Of a stretch of 64,000 bases of DNA, positions 28,444 to 37,368 are shown piece by piece. Made by a program: the position numbers and the translations under genes. Under the pieces are notes generated by a model. It searched no databases. It had not been told where the DNA came from and worked only from the letters and a program-made list of their open reading frames with translations. This DNA is from an uncultured Planctomycetales bacterium. GTDB lineage: Bacteria > Omnitrophota > Gorgyraeia > Gygaellales > Profunditerraquicolaceae. The DNA lies in assembly GCA_964645795.1 (NCBI GenBank), contig CAZYCL010000001.1, positions 95,194 to 159,193 of the forward strand, in the 5' to 3' direction. Positions within the stretch are counted from its first letter, which is position 1. Every line of letters begins with the position of its first letter.

Positions 28444-30063
28444 CTACCCTCCGTTTTTCAATGCCGCCAGCTGCGCTATCCTGGCTCTTGCCTCTTGATT
28501 ATCCGGGTTTATTTTTAGCACCCTTTCGTATTCCTTAAGCGCGTTGTCTTTATCGCCTTTGGCCTGGTGGCATTTGCCAAGGCATAAGTGGGCGACTTCG
28601 TGTTCAGGATAAAACTTGATCACCCGGTTAAAATCCCTTATCGCCACATCAAACCTTCCTTCACGCATATTGATATTATTTAGAAAATTAATATTTAAGT
28701 TTGTTTCAAACCATTTACCCTGCAGATACTCGGGGTCAAATTCGGGTGTCTTTATGCTGCCGATGGTATACTTTAACTTAGATAACTGGAAATCTCCGAC
28801 AAGATACCCCTTTTCTTTGCATATATCATACATAGCAGTACCGGGCAGAGGCGTAGCAATATTCATCGCTACCCAATCAAGGCCTACGGTCCTGATAAAA
28901 TTAAGCGTTTCTTCGACTTGAGATTTATTTTCATCGGGAAAACCGATGATAAAAAACCCCTTGGTGTGTAATCCTAAGGCGCGCATCTTCTTGACTAAAG
29001 GCGCTACCCTGGACAGATCCAGCGGTTTATGCACTATATTATCAAGCACCTCCTGCGAGCCAGATTCAATAGCGATAGCCACCGAAAAGCATCCCGATTC
29101 TTTCATAAGTTCCACGGTCGATTCATCGAGGGCAAAAACCGCCAGGCCGTTAGGCGCGCACCAGGAGATGTTGAATTTTTGTGCGATCATGTTGCTAAAT
29201 ATCTCTTTTGCCCGCGGGATATTAAAAGTCATATTGTCGTCTTCAAAATGTATCTCCCTTATGCCATAATCCCTCACTAAAATTCCTATTTCTTCCAGAA
29301 CGTTGCGGCTGGAGCGGATGCGGTACTTTTTGCCCCATAACTTTAGGGCCGAACAAAAAATACAACGGGCGGGACAGCCGCGCGAAGTGATCATGGTGGC
29401 AAAAGGCATGCGCAGAAAATCGCCGTGCGGCTGGGATATTTCGGAGTATAACTTCATGGGGATAAGGTGCCTGGCGGGAAACGGGATTGAATCCAGATCT
29501 TCAATAAACTTTGTTTTCTGGTTAATGCGCAGGCTGCCGCCCTTGCGATAAGCCAAACCGTCAAAATCATCAAACTCTAGGTTCTTCTCCAGGCGCTCGA
29601 TCAGCTCCGGCAGCGCATAATCGCCCTCTCCCAAGACAGCAAAATCAACCAACTCATCCTCCATCACCAGCTGCGGAAAGGTTGTCGGATGGGCTCCGCC
29701 CATGACCGTAATTATATCTTTGTCCGCATCCTTGGCCAACCGGCATAAGTTGTGCGCATCCCTATATTTATTGGTAAGCACGCAGGATACGCCTACCATA
29801 TCAGGCTTGAATTCGATTATCCTTTCCTTTATGCCGCTGTCGGTAAGGCCGTAGCGGATCATGCCTGCGGAGAGCTTGGAAGGGGACAAAAACCCTTCCA
29901 CCAGGCAATCAACGATCTTGACATCATAACCCAGCTTTTCCAGCACCGCAGCAACATAGGCGATCCCCAGCGGAGGCACGACCGGCATGCGCTGCTGCTG
30001 CACGGCGCCTTCAGGCAATGTAACCGGCGGCTCAAATAATATTATCTTCTTTATCTTTTTCAC
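28444..30063 (-). CDS. B12-binding (class B) radical SAM enzyme with a C-terminal TPR
   Basis: N-terminal cobalamin-binding Rossmann region (VGVSCVLTNKY...VMGGAHPT). TSRGCPARCIFCS radical SAM motif. C-terminal TPR (EYERVLKINPDNQEA). Confidence 0.85.
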   Translation of the reverse strand: MKKIKKIILFEPPVTLPEGAVQQQRMPVVPPLGIAYVAAVLEKLGYDVKIVDCLVEGFLSPSKLSAGMIRYGLTDSGIKERIIEFKPDMVGVSCVLTNKYRDAHNLCRLAKDADKDIITVMGGAHPTTFPQLVMEDELVDFAVLGEGDYALPELIERLEKNLEFDDFDGLAYRKGGSLRINQKTKFIEDLDSIPFPARHLIPMKLYSEISQPHGDFLRMPFATMITSRGCPARCIFCSALKLWGKKYRIRSSRNVLEEIGILVRDYGIREIHFEDDNMTFNIPRAKEIFSNMIAQKFNISWCAPNGLAVFALDESTVELMKESGCFSVAIAIESGSQEVLDNIVHKPLDLSRVAPLVKKMRALGLHTKGFFIIGFPDENKSQVEETLNFIRTVGLDWVAMNIATPLPGTAMYDICKEKGYLVGDFQLSKLKYTIGSIKTPEFDPEYLQGKWFETNLNINFLNNINMREGRFDVAIRDFNRVIKFYPEHEVAHLCLGKCHQAKGDKDNALKEYERVLKINPDNQEARARIAQLAALKNGG

Positions 30064-30121
30064 TTTTCCTCAATGCTGCATTTTTAGATACAGACAAAAA
30101 TCTTGGCAATTTTGGCTATTT

Positions 30122-31729
30122 TCAGGAATTAAGCCTTTCTTTGGCTTCACTGGAATCCGGGTTAAGCTCTAACGCTGTTCTCCACTCTCTGGCCGCTTCC
30201 TCAACCATGCCTTTCTTTTTATAGGCATCGCCTAAGAAGAGGTGGCCGTACCAGATATGCGGATAAAACTCCAGGACGGACTGAAAATCCCTGATCGCTT
30301 CGTCAATATCATATTTAATCAAATTAGGGTTATTCCTGAAATTTATGTCGATATTGGCTTCCTCTTTGACCTTCTCAACGTAATCGCCGTCAAACTCAGG
30401 AGTCTGGATATTGCCGGCGTAGAAACTGTGCGCGAAATCCACGGATTCGTCCTTTAGATAGCGCTTATTCTTGCAAATCTCATAAATCTTGGTCCCCACC
30501 AGAGGCGTGGCGATAAAAAACAGGGTCCAGTCCAGCTCAAGGCTTTTGGCGAAATCCACTGTCTTTTGCATGGTCTTCTTAGTCTCTCCGGGAAAGCCTA
30601 AAATAAAAAATCCCTTGGTCTTCATGCCCAGCGAGCGCGCCTTATCTGCGAGCGGTTTGGCGCGGTTAAGCTTTATCGGTTTGTGCATCAATTTATCCAG
30701 GACATGCTGGTCTCCGGATTCGACGGCCAGCGAAATGCTGTAACAGCCGCTTTGCGCCATTTTTTCCAGCAACTCCTCGTCTAAGGAATAAATCGCCAGG
30801 CCGCTGGGGACGGTCCAACTGATATTAAATTTTCTATCGATTATCCCGTTAAATATCTCCAGGGCGCGCTTTTTGTTGGAGGTTAAATTGTCGTCTTCAA
30901 AGTGTATTTCCTTGACTCCGTACTTTTTGATGAGAAACTCAATTTCTTCAAGGATGCTTTTGCTTGAGCGGTAGCGCGGGACCTTTCCCCATAAAAGCTC
31001 TATTGAGCAGAATGTGCATTTGGCAGGGCAGCCGCGCGAGCTGATAATCGAAGCGAAAGGTTTGTTTTTGTAGCCGCTGTGCGCCGAGCCAAGCCGGCTG
31101 TACTCCTGCATGCTTAAAAGGTGCCGCGCGGGAAAAGGCAGGGTATCGAGATTAGGGATAAAATGCGCCTTGTGGACACAATTAATTTTTCCTTCGTGAC
31201 GATAGGCGATACCATCGAGCATCCTTGGGTCTCCGCCTGACTTAATAATGCCTAACAACTGCAAGAAAGTCATTTCTCCTTCGCCTAAAATTACGTAATC
31301 AATGTTTATTTCATTTTCCAGGAGCTCTCTGGCAATAGCCGTAGGATGCACCCCCCCTACAGCCACCAAACACCGGGGGTTGACTTTCTTAACAATGCGG
31401 CTGGCGTTGCGCATATCCCAATCCTTGTTTGAAAAAAGACACGAAATGCCGACAATATCGGGATTTTCTTTACGCAGGATCTCTTCGATCTGCTGGTCAG
31501 TCAGGCCATAACGCAACATCCCTTCGTTATATTTTTGCTGCCCCTGCCCTGCCCCCTCCAGTAGCGCATCAATAATCTTTACCTCATAGCCTGAATCCTC
31601 CAGCACCGCTGCGATATAGGCCAGCCCCAAAGGCGCGAATACGCTGACGCGACAACGCTCTTTAGAGAAATCCGCGGGCCTGGTCACCGGAGGGTCTATC
31701 AGCAATATCTTTTTTATCCTACTGGTCAT
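30122..31729 (-). CDS. B12-binding radical SAM enzyme with a C-terminal TPR; tandem paralog of the 28444-30063 protein
   Basis: Roughly 55-60% identical by eye to the neighbouring protein over the core (FPARHL...SSRGCPAKCTFCS...EIHFEDDN...KFNISW). TPR tail EWRTALELNPDSSEA. Confidence 0.85.
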   Translation of the reverse strand: MTSRIKKILLIDPPVTRPADFSKERCRVSVFAPLGLAYIAAVLEDSGYEVKIIDALLEGAGQGQQKYNEGMLRYGLTDQQIEEILRKENPDIVGISCLFSNKDWDMRNASRIVKKVNPRCLVAVGGVHPTAIARELLENEINIDYVILGEGEMTFLQLLGIIKSGGDPRMLDGIAYRHEGKINCVHKAHFIPNLDTLPFPARHLLSMQEYSRLGSAHSGYKNKPFASIISSRGCPAKCTFCSIELLWGKVPRYRSSKSILEEIEFLIKKYGVKEIHFEDDNLTSNKKRALEIFNGIIDRKFNISWTVPSGLAIYSLDEELLEKMAQSGCYSISLAVESGDQHVLDKLMHKPIKLNRAKPLADKARSLGMKTKGFFILGFPGETKKTMQKTVDFAKSLELDWTLFFIATPLVGTKIYEICKNKRYLKDESVDFAHSFYAGNIQTPEFDGDYVEKVKEEANIDINFRNNPNLIKYDIDEAIRDFQSVLEFYPHIWYGHLFLGDAYKKKGMVEEAAREWRTALELNPDSSEAKERLNS

Positions 31730-33162
31730 TTCTTTCTTGCGGCAATGGACTGCGCGGTGACGTTGCGGCCGCGCAACTTTGGCGTCCTCTTATAATAAAA
31801 CTCTAACAGCTTCTTAACTCCGGGCACTCCCCTAAAGTAAAAAAATAGTTTCGATAACCAAAGCGCGGTATACGGTATAACGCTTGCCAACTGGTAATAA
31901 AAATCGGATTCGTCATAGTCAGAATACCCGCGCTCGTAGGGGTTGGTTCTCGGGACTACCCCTCTTTGTTTATATATCTCTTCCAATTCTGTACGGGGAT
32001 AGGCTGTTAAGGCATAAAGCGTCAAGGAAAACGGCCGGGCAATTTTAAGAAGAAGCTTTATGGTCTGGTTGCGGTCACGATCCTCTTCCAGGTCGTTTTG
32101 TATAATGATATCGTAGTAAGGATACACTTGGTTGCGGCTTAATATACGCGATGAACCGACTACGGCGCTTTTATTGAACGACCGATGGTAGATCAGGCGG
32201 TGCGTACGGCTGCTGCCCGACTGTATGCCGATCTGAGTAAACATCAAACCCGCATCCTTTAATTTCTTTAGTACGCCGTCATCGAAACTGCCCGGCACAA
32301 GCCTTACGATAAAAGGCAGCCCTACCTCTTTCGTATAACGTTCGATAAATTCGTCATTCCACTGCCTGGAAGTCAGAAATTGATCATCAATAAAATTAAC
32401 GAATTTGATATTCGGGATATACTCTAAGGCATATTTGATCTCGGCAATGACGTGACCGACGCTTCGTTTCCTTATCCTGTTACCCTCTTTATAGAGGCTA
32501 TTTAAATAGCTGTTACAGCAATAGCTGCAGCTAAAGGGGCAGCCTCGCGTTGCCATTAAAGTATAATCCTCGCCCCGGTAATTTGAATACCTTACATACT
32601 CCTCTTGGCTGAACCGGCGAAGGCCGAATCTGTCAATAACATAAAAATCAGACCAGCCGTACCGCGGGAAGGCAATACTGTCTAAGTCGCTATTTAACTG
32701 CGGAGGATTTATGATGCACTTGCCTTCTTTTGTCTTTAAGCCGATGCCGGGTATCGAAGAAATATCCCTTCCGGTAAAAAAACATTGCAGTAGCTTAAGA
32801 AACGCTACCTCTCCTTCCCCGATACATACGCTATCTGCATATTCAAGGCATTCCTGCGGCATAAGCGTCGGGTGTATCCCTCCCCATGTAATGTGAGCGC
32901 GGTCAAGAAATTTTTTTATATCCGAGGTTAGGCGGCGGCTGAAATCCATCCCATCGGTCATCAGCGATATGCCGACTACCGAGAAGGCCTCTGCGTTCAG
33001 CAGCTCCCTCAATTGCTCGCTATTATATTCGTCTTGCCTTGGGACAAAAAGGAGCTTTACATCGATAGAAGCTGCCTTTAATGCCGAATACAGCGAAAGA
33101 CAGCTTAAATTACGGTGACTGTCGCGTAAAATAGAAATAAGGAGAACGCTTGGTTCAGGCAT
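31726..33162 (-). CDS. B12-binding radical SAM enzyme
   Basis: VVGISLMTDG...ITWGGIHPT B12 region and MATRGCPFSCSYCCNS. No TPR tail. Confidence 0.8.
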   Translation of the reverse strand: MPEPSVLLISILRDSHRNLSCLSLYSALKAASIDVKLLFVPRQDEYNSEQLRELLNAEAFSVVGISLMTDGMDFSRRLTSDIKKFLDRAHITWGGIHPTLMPQECLEYADSVCIGEGEVAFLKLLQCFFTGRDISSIPGIGLKTKEGKCIINPPQLNSDLDSIAFPRYGWSDFYVIDRFGLRRFSQEEYVRYSNYRGEDYTLMATRGCPFSCSYCCNSYLNSLYKEGNRIRKRSVGHVIAEIKYALEYIPNIKFVNFIDDQFLTSRQWNDEFIERYTKEVGLPFIVRLVPGSFDDGVLKKLKDAGLMFTQIGIQSGSSRTHRLIYHRSFNKSAVVGSSRILSRNQVYPYYDIIIQNDLEEDRDRNQTIKLLLKIARPFSLTLYALTAYPRTELEEIYKQRGVVPRTNPYERGYSDYDESDFYYQLASVIPYTALWLSKLFFYFRGVPGVKKLLEFYYKRTPKLRGRNVTAQSIAARKK

Positions 33163-33164
33163 TG

Positions 33165-34301
33165 CTAAAAACTCAGGCGTCTGTTCAAGAGACGATCATC
33201 CAGCTTAACAGCCCTCAATATATTAGTAATCTTTTTATCCGTATTCAAGTCGCGGTAGGGATTGCCTCCTTTTATCCGTTTATAGCTATTCTTTCTAAAC
33301 CGCTTTATGGCCTGGATAATCTTACGTTTAGAATAGGGCACATCGACAACATTGGCCGCGCGCTCCCTACCGTCCTGACGGCTGCCGATATTTACCACAG
33401 GCGTGCCGAAAAACGGCGCCTCAACTATACCGCTGGAAGAATTGCCTATCAGTACCGAGGCATATTTGAGCAGCCCCAGATAATAAGGACGCTCGATATT
33501 CTTGAATATCCTGATAAAAGGAAACTTGCGATACTTTAATATTTCCTTAATCATGCTTTGCCCGCCCATATCGCAATTGGGATAGAATATTACGGTTTGG
33601 GTTTTAAAATGCCTTGCCGCCTCAAGCGTCCGGCGCATCTGCAAGGCCGCATCCCGATATTCATTCGCCACCGGATGCTGGATCACTAAAAATAGGGCCT
33701 TATTAAGATCTATCCCCAGCTTTCTTCGGATCTCTTCCTTTGAACAGGACTGTCCGAGAATGGCTTTGGATACGGCCAGGGTCCCGACATATTTGATGCG
33801 CCATGGCTCCTCCCCCATTCTTAAAAGCCTCTTGCAGCTTGCCTTTGTATTTGCCAAATGAAGATGAGCAAACCTGGATAAGCTGTGCCTTATGGCATCA
33901 TCCATGCCTCCGGAAACATCGCCTCCGGATATATGGACAATGGGCAGATTCAAGAATGCCGCGGCAAGCCCTGCCGCAAGCATCTCGATCCTGTCAGCCT
34001 CAAGCACTACGATATCAGGCTCTAATTTTTTAAAAATACGCGCAAAACCCGGTACCGCCCTGGCAAATGAACCGGCCAGTTGCAAGCCGCCTTCTTTCCC
34101 GGAAAAAATATCCAGTTTTGCGCTTATTTTGAAGCCATCCTTGCGGATGATATCTACCGATGAACCAAAACGCCGCATAAGATGCATCCCGCAGACAACC
34201 AATTGCAGCCTTAAATCAGCGCTGTCCCTGATGCGCTCTAAAAACGGCTTCATCACCCCGTATTCTGCCCGCGTTCCCGTAATAACGCATATTTTTCTCA
34301 T
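33165..34301 (-). CDS. neuC: UDP-N-acetylglucosamine 2-epimerase (hydrolysing), NeuC/LegG family
   Basis: KICVITGTRAEYGVMKP...VHISGGDVSGG...YLGLLKYASVLIGNSSSGIVEAPFFGTPVVNIG is the NeuC signature. Confidence 0.85.
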   Translation of the reverse strand: MRKICVITGTRAEYGVMKPFLERIRDSADLRLQLVVCGMHLMRRFGSSVDIIRKDGFKISAKLDIFSGKEGGLQLAGSFARAVPGFARIFKKLEPDIVVLEADRIEMLAAGLAAAFLNLPIVHISGGDVSGGMDDAIRHSLSRFAHLHLANTKASCKRLLRMGEEPWRIKYVGTLAVSKAILGQSCSKEEIRRKLGIDLNKALFLVIQHPVANEYRDAALQMRRTLEAARHFKTQTVIFYPNCDMGGQSMIKEILKYRKFPFIRIFKNIERPYYLGLLKYASVLIGNSSSGIVEAPFFGTPVVNIGSRQDGRERAANVVDVPYSKRKIIQAIKRFRKNSYKRIKGGNPYRDLNTDKKITNILRAVKLDDRLLNRRLSF

Positions 34302-35737
34302 GCCGCGTACTGGAATTTTCCTTTACAAAATTGGCATAAAGACAAATTTTCGAGCCTGTGATTCAATAAAGAACACTGCAACATCTTCATGCGCTCGGAG
34401 CTCCAGACCGCATCAACGCTGCAGTCTTTCGCATTGCCGAGCTCCATCTCTGCGTTAACATCATAGCAGCACGGAGTGATGGTGCCATCGCATAGAATGT
34501 TCAGTTTCTCAAGAGATTCCGGACACAGCGTATCCTGCCCAGCCGCGCGTCCCGGAATAATTGCCGCTTCTTTGAACGAAAACAACTTTCCGTCACGGCC
34601 AAAGAAACTCCCTCCCAGCCTGCGGTCAAGCACAGAGAACCCGCTGTAATCAACCAGGGGCAGGAGCGAAGATAAAAAACCAGAAGTTTTCCTGGTGCCT
34701 TCGGGATCGCTAAACGGTATGACCGAGGTTATGCCCAGCTTTATCTGGTCCTCAAGCCCCATTTCTTTCCTTTCACGGTTAACCGTCTTTATGATCCTGC
34801 AAATCTTGTTCCAGCTGCTGCCCTTACGCACCGACTCATAGCTCTCTTTGCTGAAACCGTCAACAGAAAACCAGATGCCCGAAGGCCGGGCTTCCAGTAT
34901 CTTTTTTCTCCGCTCGCAATCTGCCAGCGCAAATCCATTGGTCTGTAAAGCAAGGTATATCCCCTCTTGCCTGATCTTTGATATCAAGGTATCGATCCCC
35001 GGATGCAGCAGCGGCTCTCCCATATAATAAAATTTGATAACGCCGGGCACTTTCCAATTCTTAATTATGGCTCTATCCAAAACTAAATGCGGGATGCTTA
35101 TCTCAATACTCCTCGCGCTCCAGCCTGAAATTATCTTATCTAAAAGGGCCTCATCAAGATACCCGATGTTTCTGGCCATCTTGTGGCGGGGGCACATCAG
35201 GCATTTTATGTCGCAATTGTTGGTAGGTTCGACCTGAAGCACAAAGGGGGATTTGGGCACAGGATAAATCCCTCCCTCCACGCATCCCGATTCGTTCCTG
35301 ATGCACCAAACAAGGTGGCGTTTCAACATGCTCTCCGCTTCTTTACGCAAAAGAAGGTCTTCTACATCGTGCGCTATGAGACGCGCCTTTACCGCCGCCT
35401 TGTTGCTGTATTTTAACGCCAGGGTATTGTCCAGCTTAAAAACGGTATGAAATTCTGAGAGCGCCGCCAATTGCAACGCCACCTGTCCGACAAAACGCTT
35501 GGTTTCAATATCCGGATTCTTGAACAAAAGCAAATTTTCATAAAGCTCGCAGATTTCGTTTAAATGCGCCAGGCCTCCCGAGAAATCATCGTCGTAAATC
35601 TTGGCTATTCCCGCGCAGTAACGCACTGCCAAATCCTGCGGCCGGTGCATCACGATGCTTTCAGTCAGGTCGATAATATCTTTTATCCTGCGCTGTTTTG
35701 AGAGCTCATACAGTCTGTTCTTGAGTTCGCAATCCAT
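34298..35737 (-). CDS. Radical SAM enzyme with a full SPASM-like C-terminal domain and a ~150-aa N-terminal helical extension
   Basis: NNCDIKCLMCPRH. C-terminus CPESLEKLNILCDGTITPCCYD....C....C..C. Confidence 0.8.
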   Translation of the reverse strand: MDCELKNRLYELSKQRRIKDIIDLTESIVMHRPQDLAVRYCAGIAKIYDDDFSGGLAHLNEICELYENLLLFKNPDIETKRFVGQVALQLAALSEFHTVFKLDNTLALKYSNKAAVKARLIAHDVEDLLLRKEAESMLKRHLVWCIRNESGCVEGGIYPVPKSPFVLQVEPTNNCDIKCLMCPRHKMARNIGYLDEALLDKIISGWSARSIEISIPHLVLDRAIIKNWKVPGVIKFYYMGEPLLHPGIDTLISKIRQEGIYLALQTNGFALADCERRKKILEARPSGIWFSVDGFSKESYESVRKGSSWNKICRIIKTVNRERKEMGLEDQIKLGITSVIPFSDPEGTRKTSGFLSSLLPLVDYSGFSVLDRRLGGSFFGRDGKLFSFKEAAIIPGRAAGQDTLCPESLEKLNILCDGTITPCCYDVNAEMELGNAKDCSVDAVWSSERMKMLQCSLLNHRLENLSLCQFCKGKFQYAA

Positions 35738-36259
35738 TTACTTACCCTGGATTTCCTTAAGCTGCTGTTCAAGCGCCTCCCGGCGCGCCCGCTCTTCGCC
35801 TAAATACCACTGCGTATCGCGCAGCTGCTGTTCGGCTGAAACGGCCTTTTCCCTGAGGCTGTTAAGCTCCCCCTCCATCGACTCGCAGCGCTGGCGGAAT
35901 TCACTCAGGGAATTTTCCGAATGCTCGCGCTTGGACTTTTCCTCTCCCAGCTGCCAGGCAGCTTCGTCATGCTGAGATTTAAGCTTCTGCGAATACTCTT
36001 CCATCTTATGGACGTATTCGTTCTTTTCCCTAAGCTGCAACTCCAGGCTTTCTCTACGCGCCCTCTCTTCGCCCAAAAACCAGCGCGCATCCTGCAGGTC
36101 ATTCTTTAATCCCTCAAGCTCCGCCTCTTTCTCCTTGGCAGCCTGGCTGATGCAAGCCTGAATTTCTACAAGAAACTTGTCTTTATCGGACTGGAGCCTC
36201 TGAAGTATAAGTTCAACGATCTTGGCCAGTGCCGCCTCCCCTATCGTAACAGCCGCCAT
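35738..36259 (-). CDS. Coiled-coil protein with three internal W-x-LGEE-[RK]-x-[RK]-RE repeats
   Basis: Repeats WFLGEERARRESLELQL / WQLGEEKSKREHSENSL / WYLGEERARREALEQQL. GGGAGG RBS upstream. No known domain. Confidence 0.5.
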   Translation of the reverse strand: MAAVTIGEAALAKIVELILQRLQSDKDKFLVEIQACISQAAKEKEAELEGLKNDLQDARWFLGEERARRESLELQLREKNEYVHKMEEYSQKLKSQHDEAAWQLGEEKSKREHSENSLSEFRQRCESMEGELNSLREKAVSAEQQLRDTQWYLGEERARREALEQQLKEIQGK

Positions 36260-36277
36260 ATCCAGCCTCCCTACCGC

Positions 36278-37324
36278 CTACAGGTCGCCCTTCCTGATGG
36301 GCATATCCCTCTTAACGTCTTTCTTTAGCTTCTTGCCGATGATTTCAAAGTAGTGTTTCGGCAGAAGCCCATGCTGAGGTCGTTTAATTGCCAAATGTTG
36401 TTTTTTGATCCTGGTGCCCCTGGGTAAATCCACTTTGGCCACTATGCTTTTTCTTATGCAAGTCATGTCCTTTTTCTCGGTCTTGGTCGGACATTTCTTG
36501 CTGCTGCCAAGGCACTCTTCCGTTTCACGTAAAAGCTTTACGAAAACCTTGAACTCTTCGGGCTCATAGGAAGAGGCGTGGTCGGGACCGGGAAGCTTTC
36601 GGTCAAGGGTTATATGCTTTTCAATAACGCAGGCACCAAGGCTGACCGCACTCATACTGGCGCTAACGCCTGCAGTATGGTCGGAATATCCTACCGGAAG
36701 CCTCAGGCATTCTCTGATAGTCGAAAGCGCGCGCATATTCACGTCTTTGAGCGGGCAGGGGTATTGGGTCGTCGTATGCATCACTATAAGTGGAACCCGC
36801 CTGGTCTTAAGAATTACATCGTATACGGCCTCTTTTATCTCCTTGAGCGTGCCCATGCCCGTAGAAAGAATGATGGGTTTGCCTTTTGCGGCAACGTATT
36901 CCAGAAGCGGGAAATTGTTAAGGTCATCGGAACCGATCTTGAATAACGACACTCCCAGCCTGTCTAACAGGTCGGCCGAGGCAAAATCTCCCGGAGTAGA
37001 AATCAGGATTATGCCTCTGTCTTTGGCAAACTTCATAAGCTGAAAGTGGTCCTGGTCCGACAGCTCCAGGGCCCTAAGCATGTCAAACTGAGTACGCGCG
37101 CCCTTGGCAAACTCCTTTTGATAGGGGACCAGCCTGGTCGTGCGGCTTACCACCTCTTCGGTCTTGAATGTCTGGAACTTTACGGCGTCGGCGCCCGCAT
37201 GGCTGGCTGCCACGATCAATCTCTTGGCCAGCTCAATATCTCCGTTATGATTGACTCCCGCTTCTGCAATTATAAAGACAGGTTTGTTATTGCCGATTTC
37301 TTTTTTCCCGATTTTAACAATCAT
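36278..37324 (-). CDS. neuB: N-acetylneuraminate / legionaminate / pseudaminate synthase (NeuB family)
   Basis: KPVFIIAEAGVNHNGDIELAKRLIVAASHAGADAVKFQTF. C-terminal SAF/antifreeze-like domain. Confidence 0.9.
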   Translation of the reverse strand: MIVKIGKKEIGNNKPVFIIAEAGVNHNGDIELAKRLIVAASHAGADAVKFQTFKTEEVVSRTTRLVPYQKEFAKGARTQFDMLRALELSDQDHFQLMKFAKDRGIILISTPGDFASADLLDRLGVSLFKIGSDDLNNFPLLEYVAAKGKPIILSTGMGTLKEIKEAVYDVILKTRRVPLIVMHTTTQYPCPLKDVNMRALSTIRECLRLPVGYSDHTAGVSASMSAVSLGACVIEKHITLDRKLPGPDHASSYEPEEFKVFVKLLRETEECLGSSKKCPTKTEKKDMTCIRKSIVAKVDLPRGTRIKKQHLAIKRPQHGLLPKHYFEIIGKKLKKDVKRDMPIRKGDL

Positions 37325-37368
37325 TTTTGCTGGTCTCCTTGTTGAGGTTGTGCAATAAGGAAAATCGA

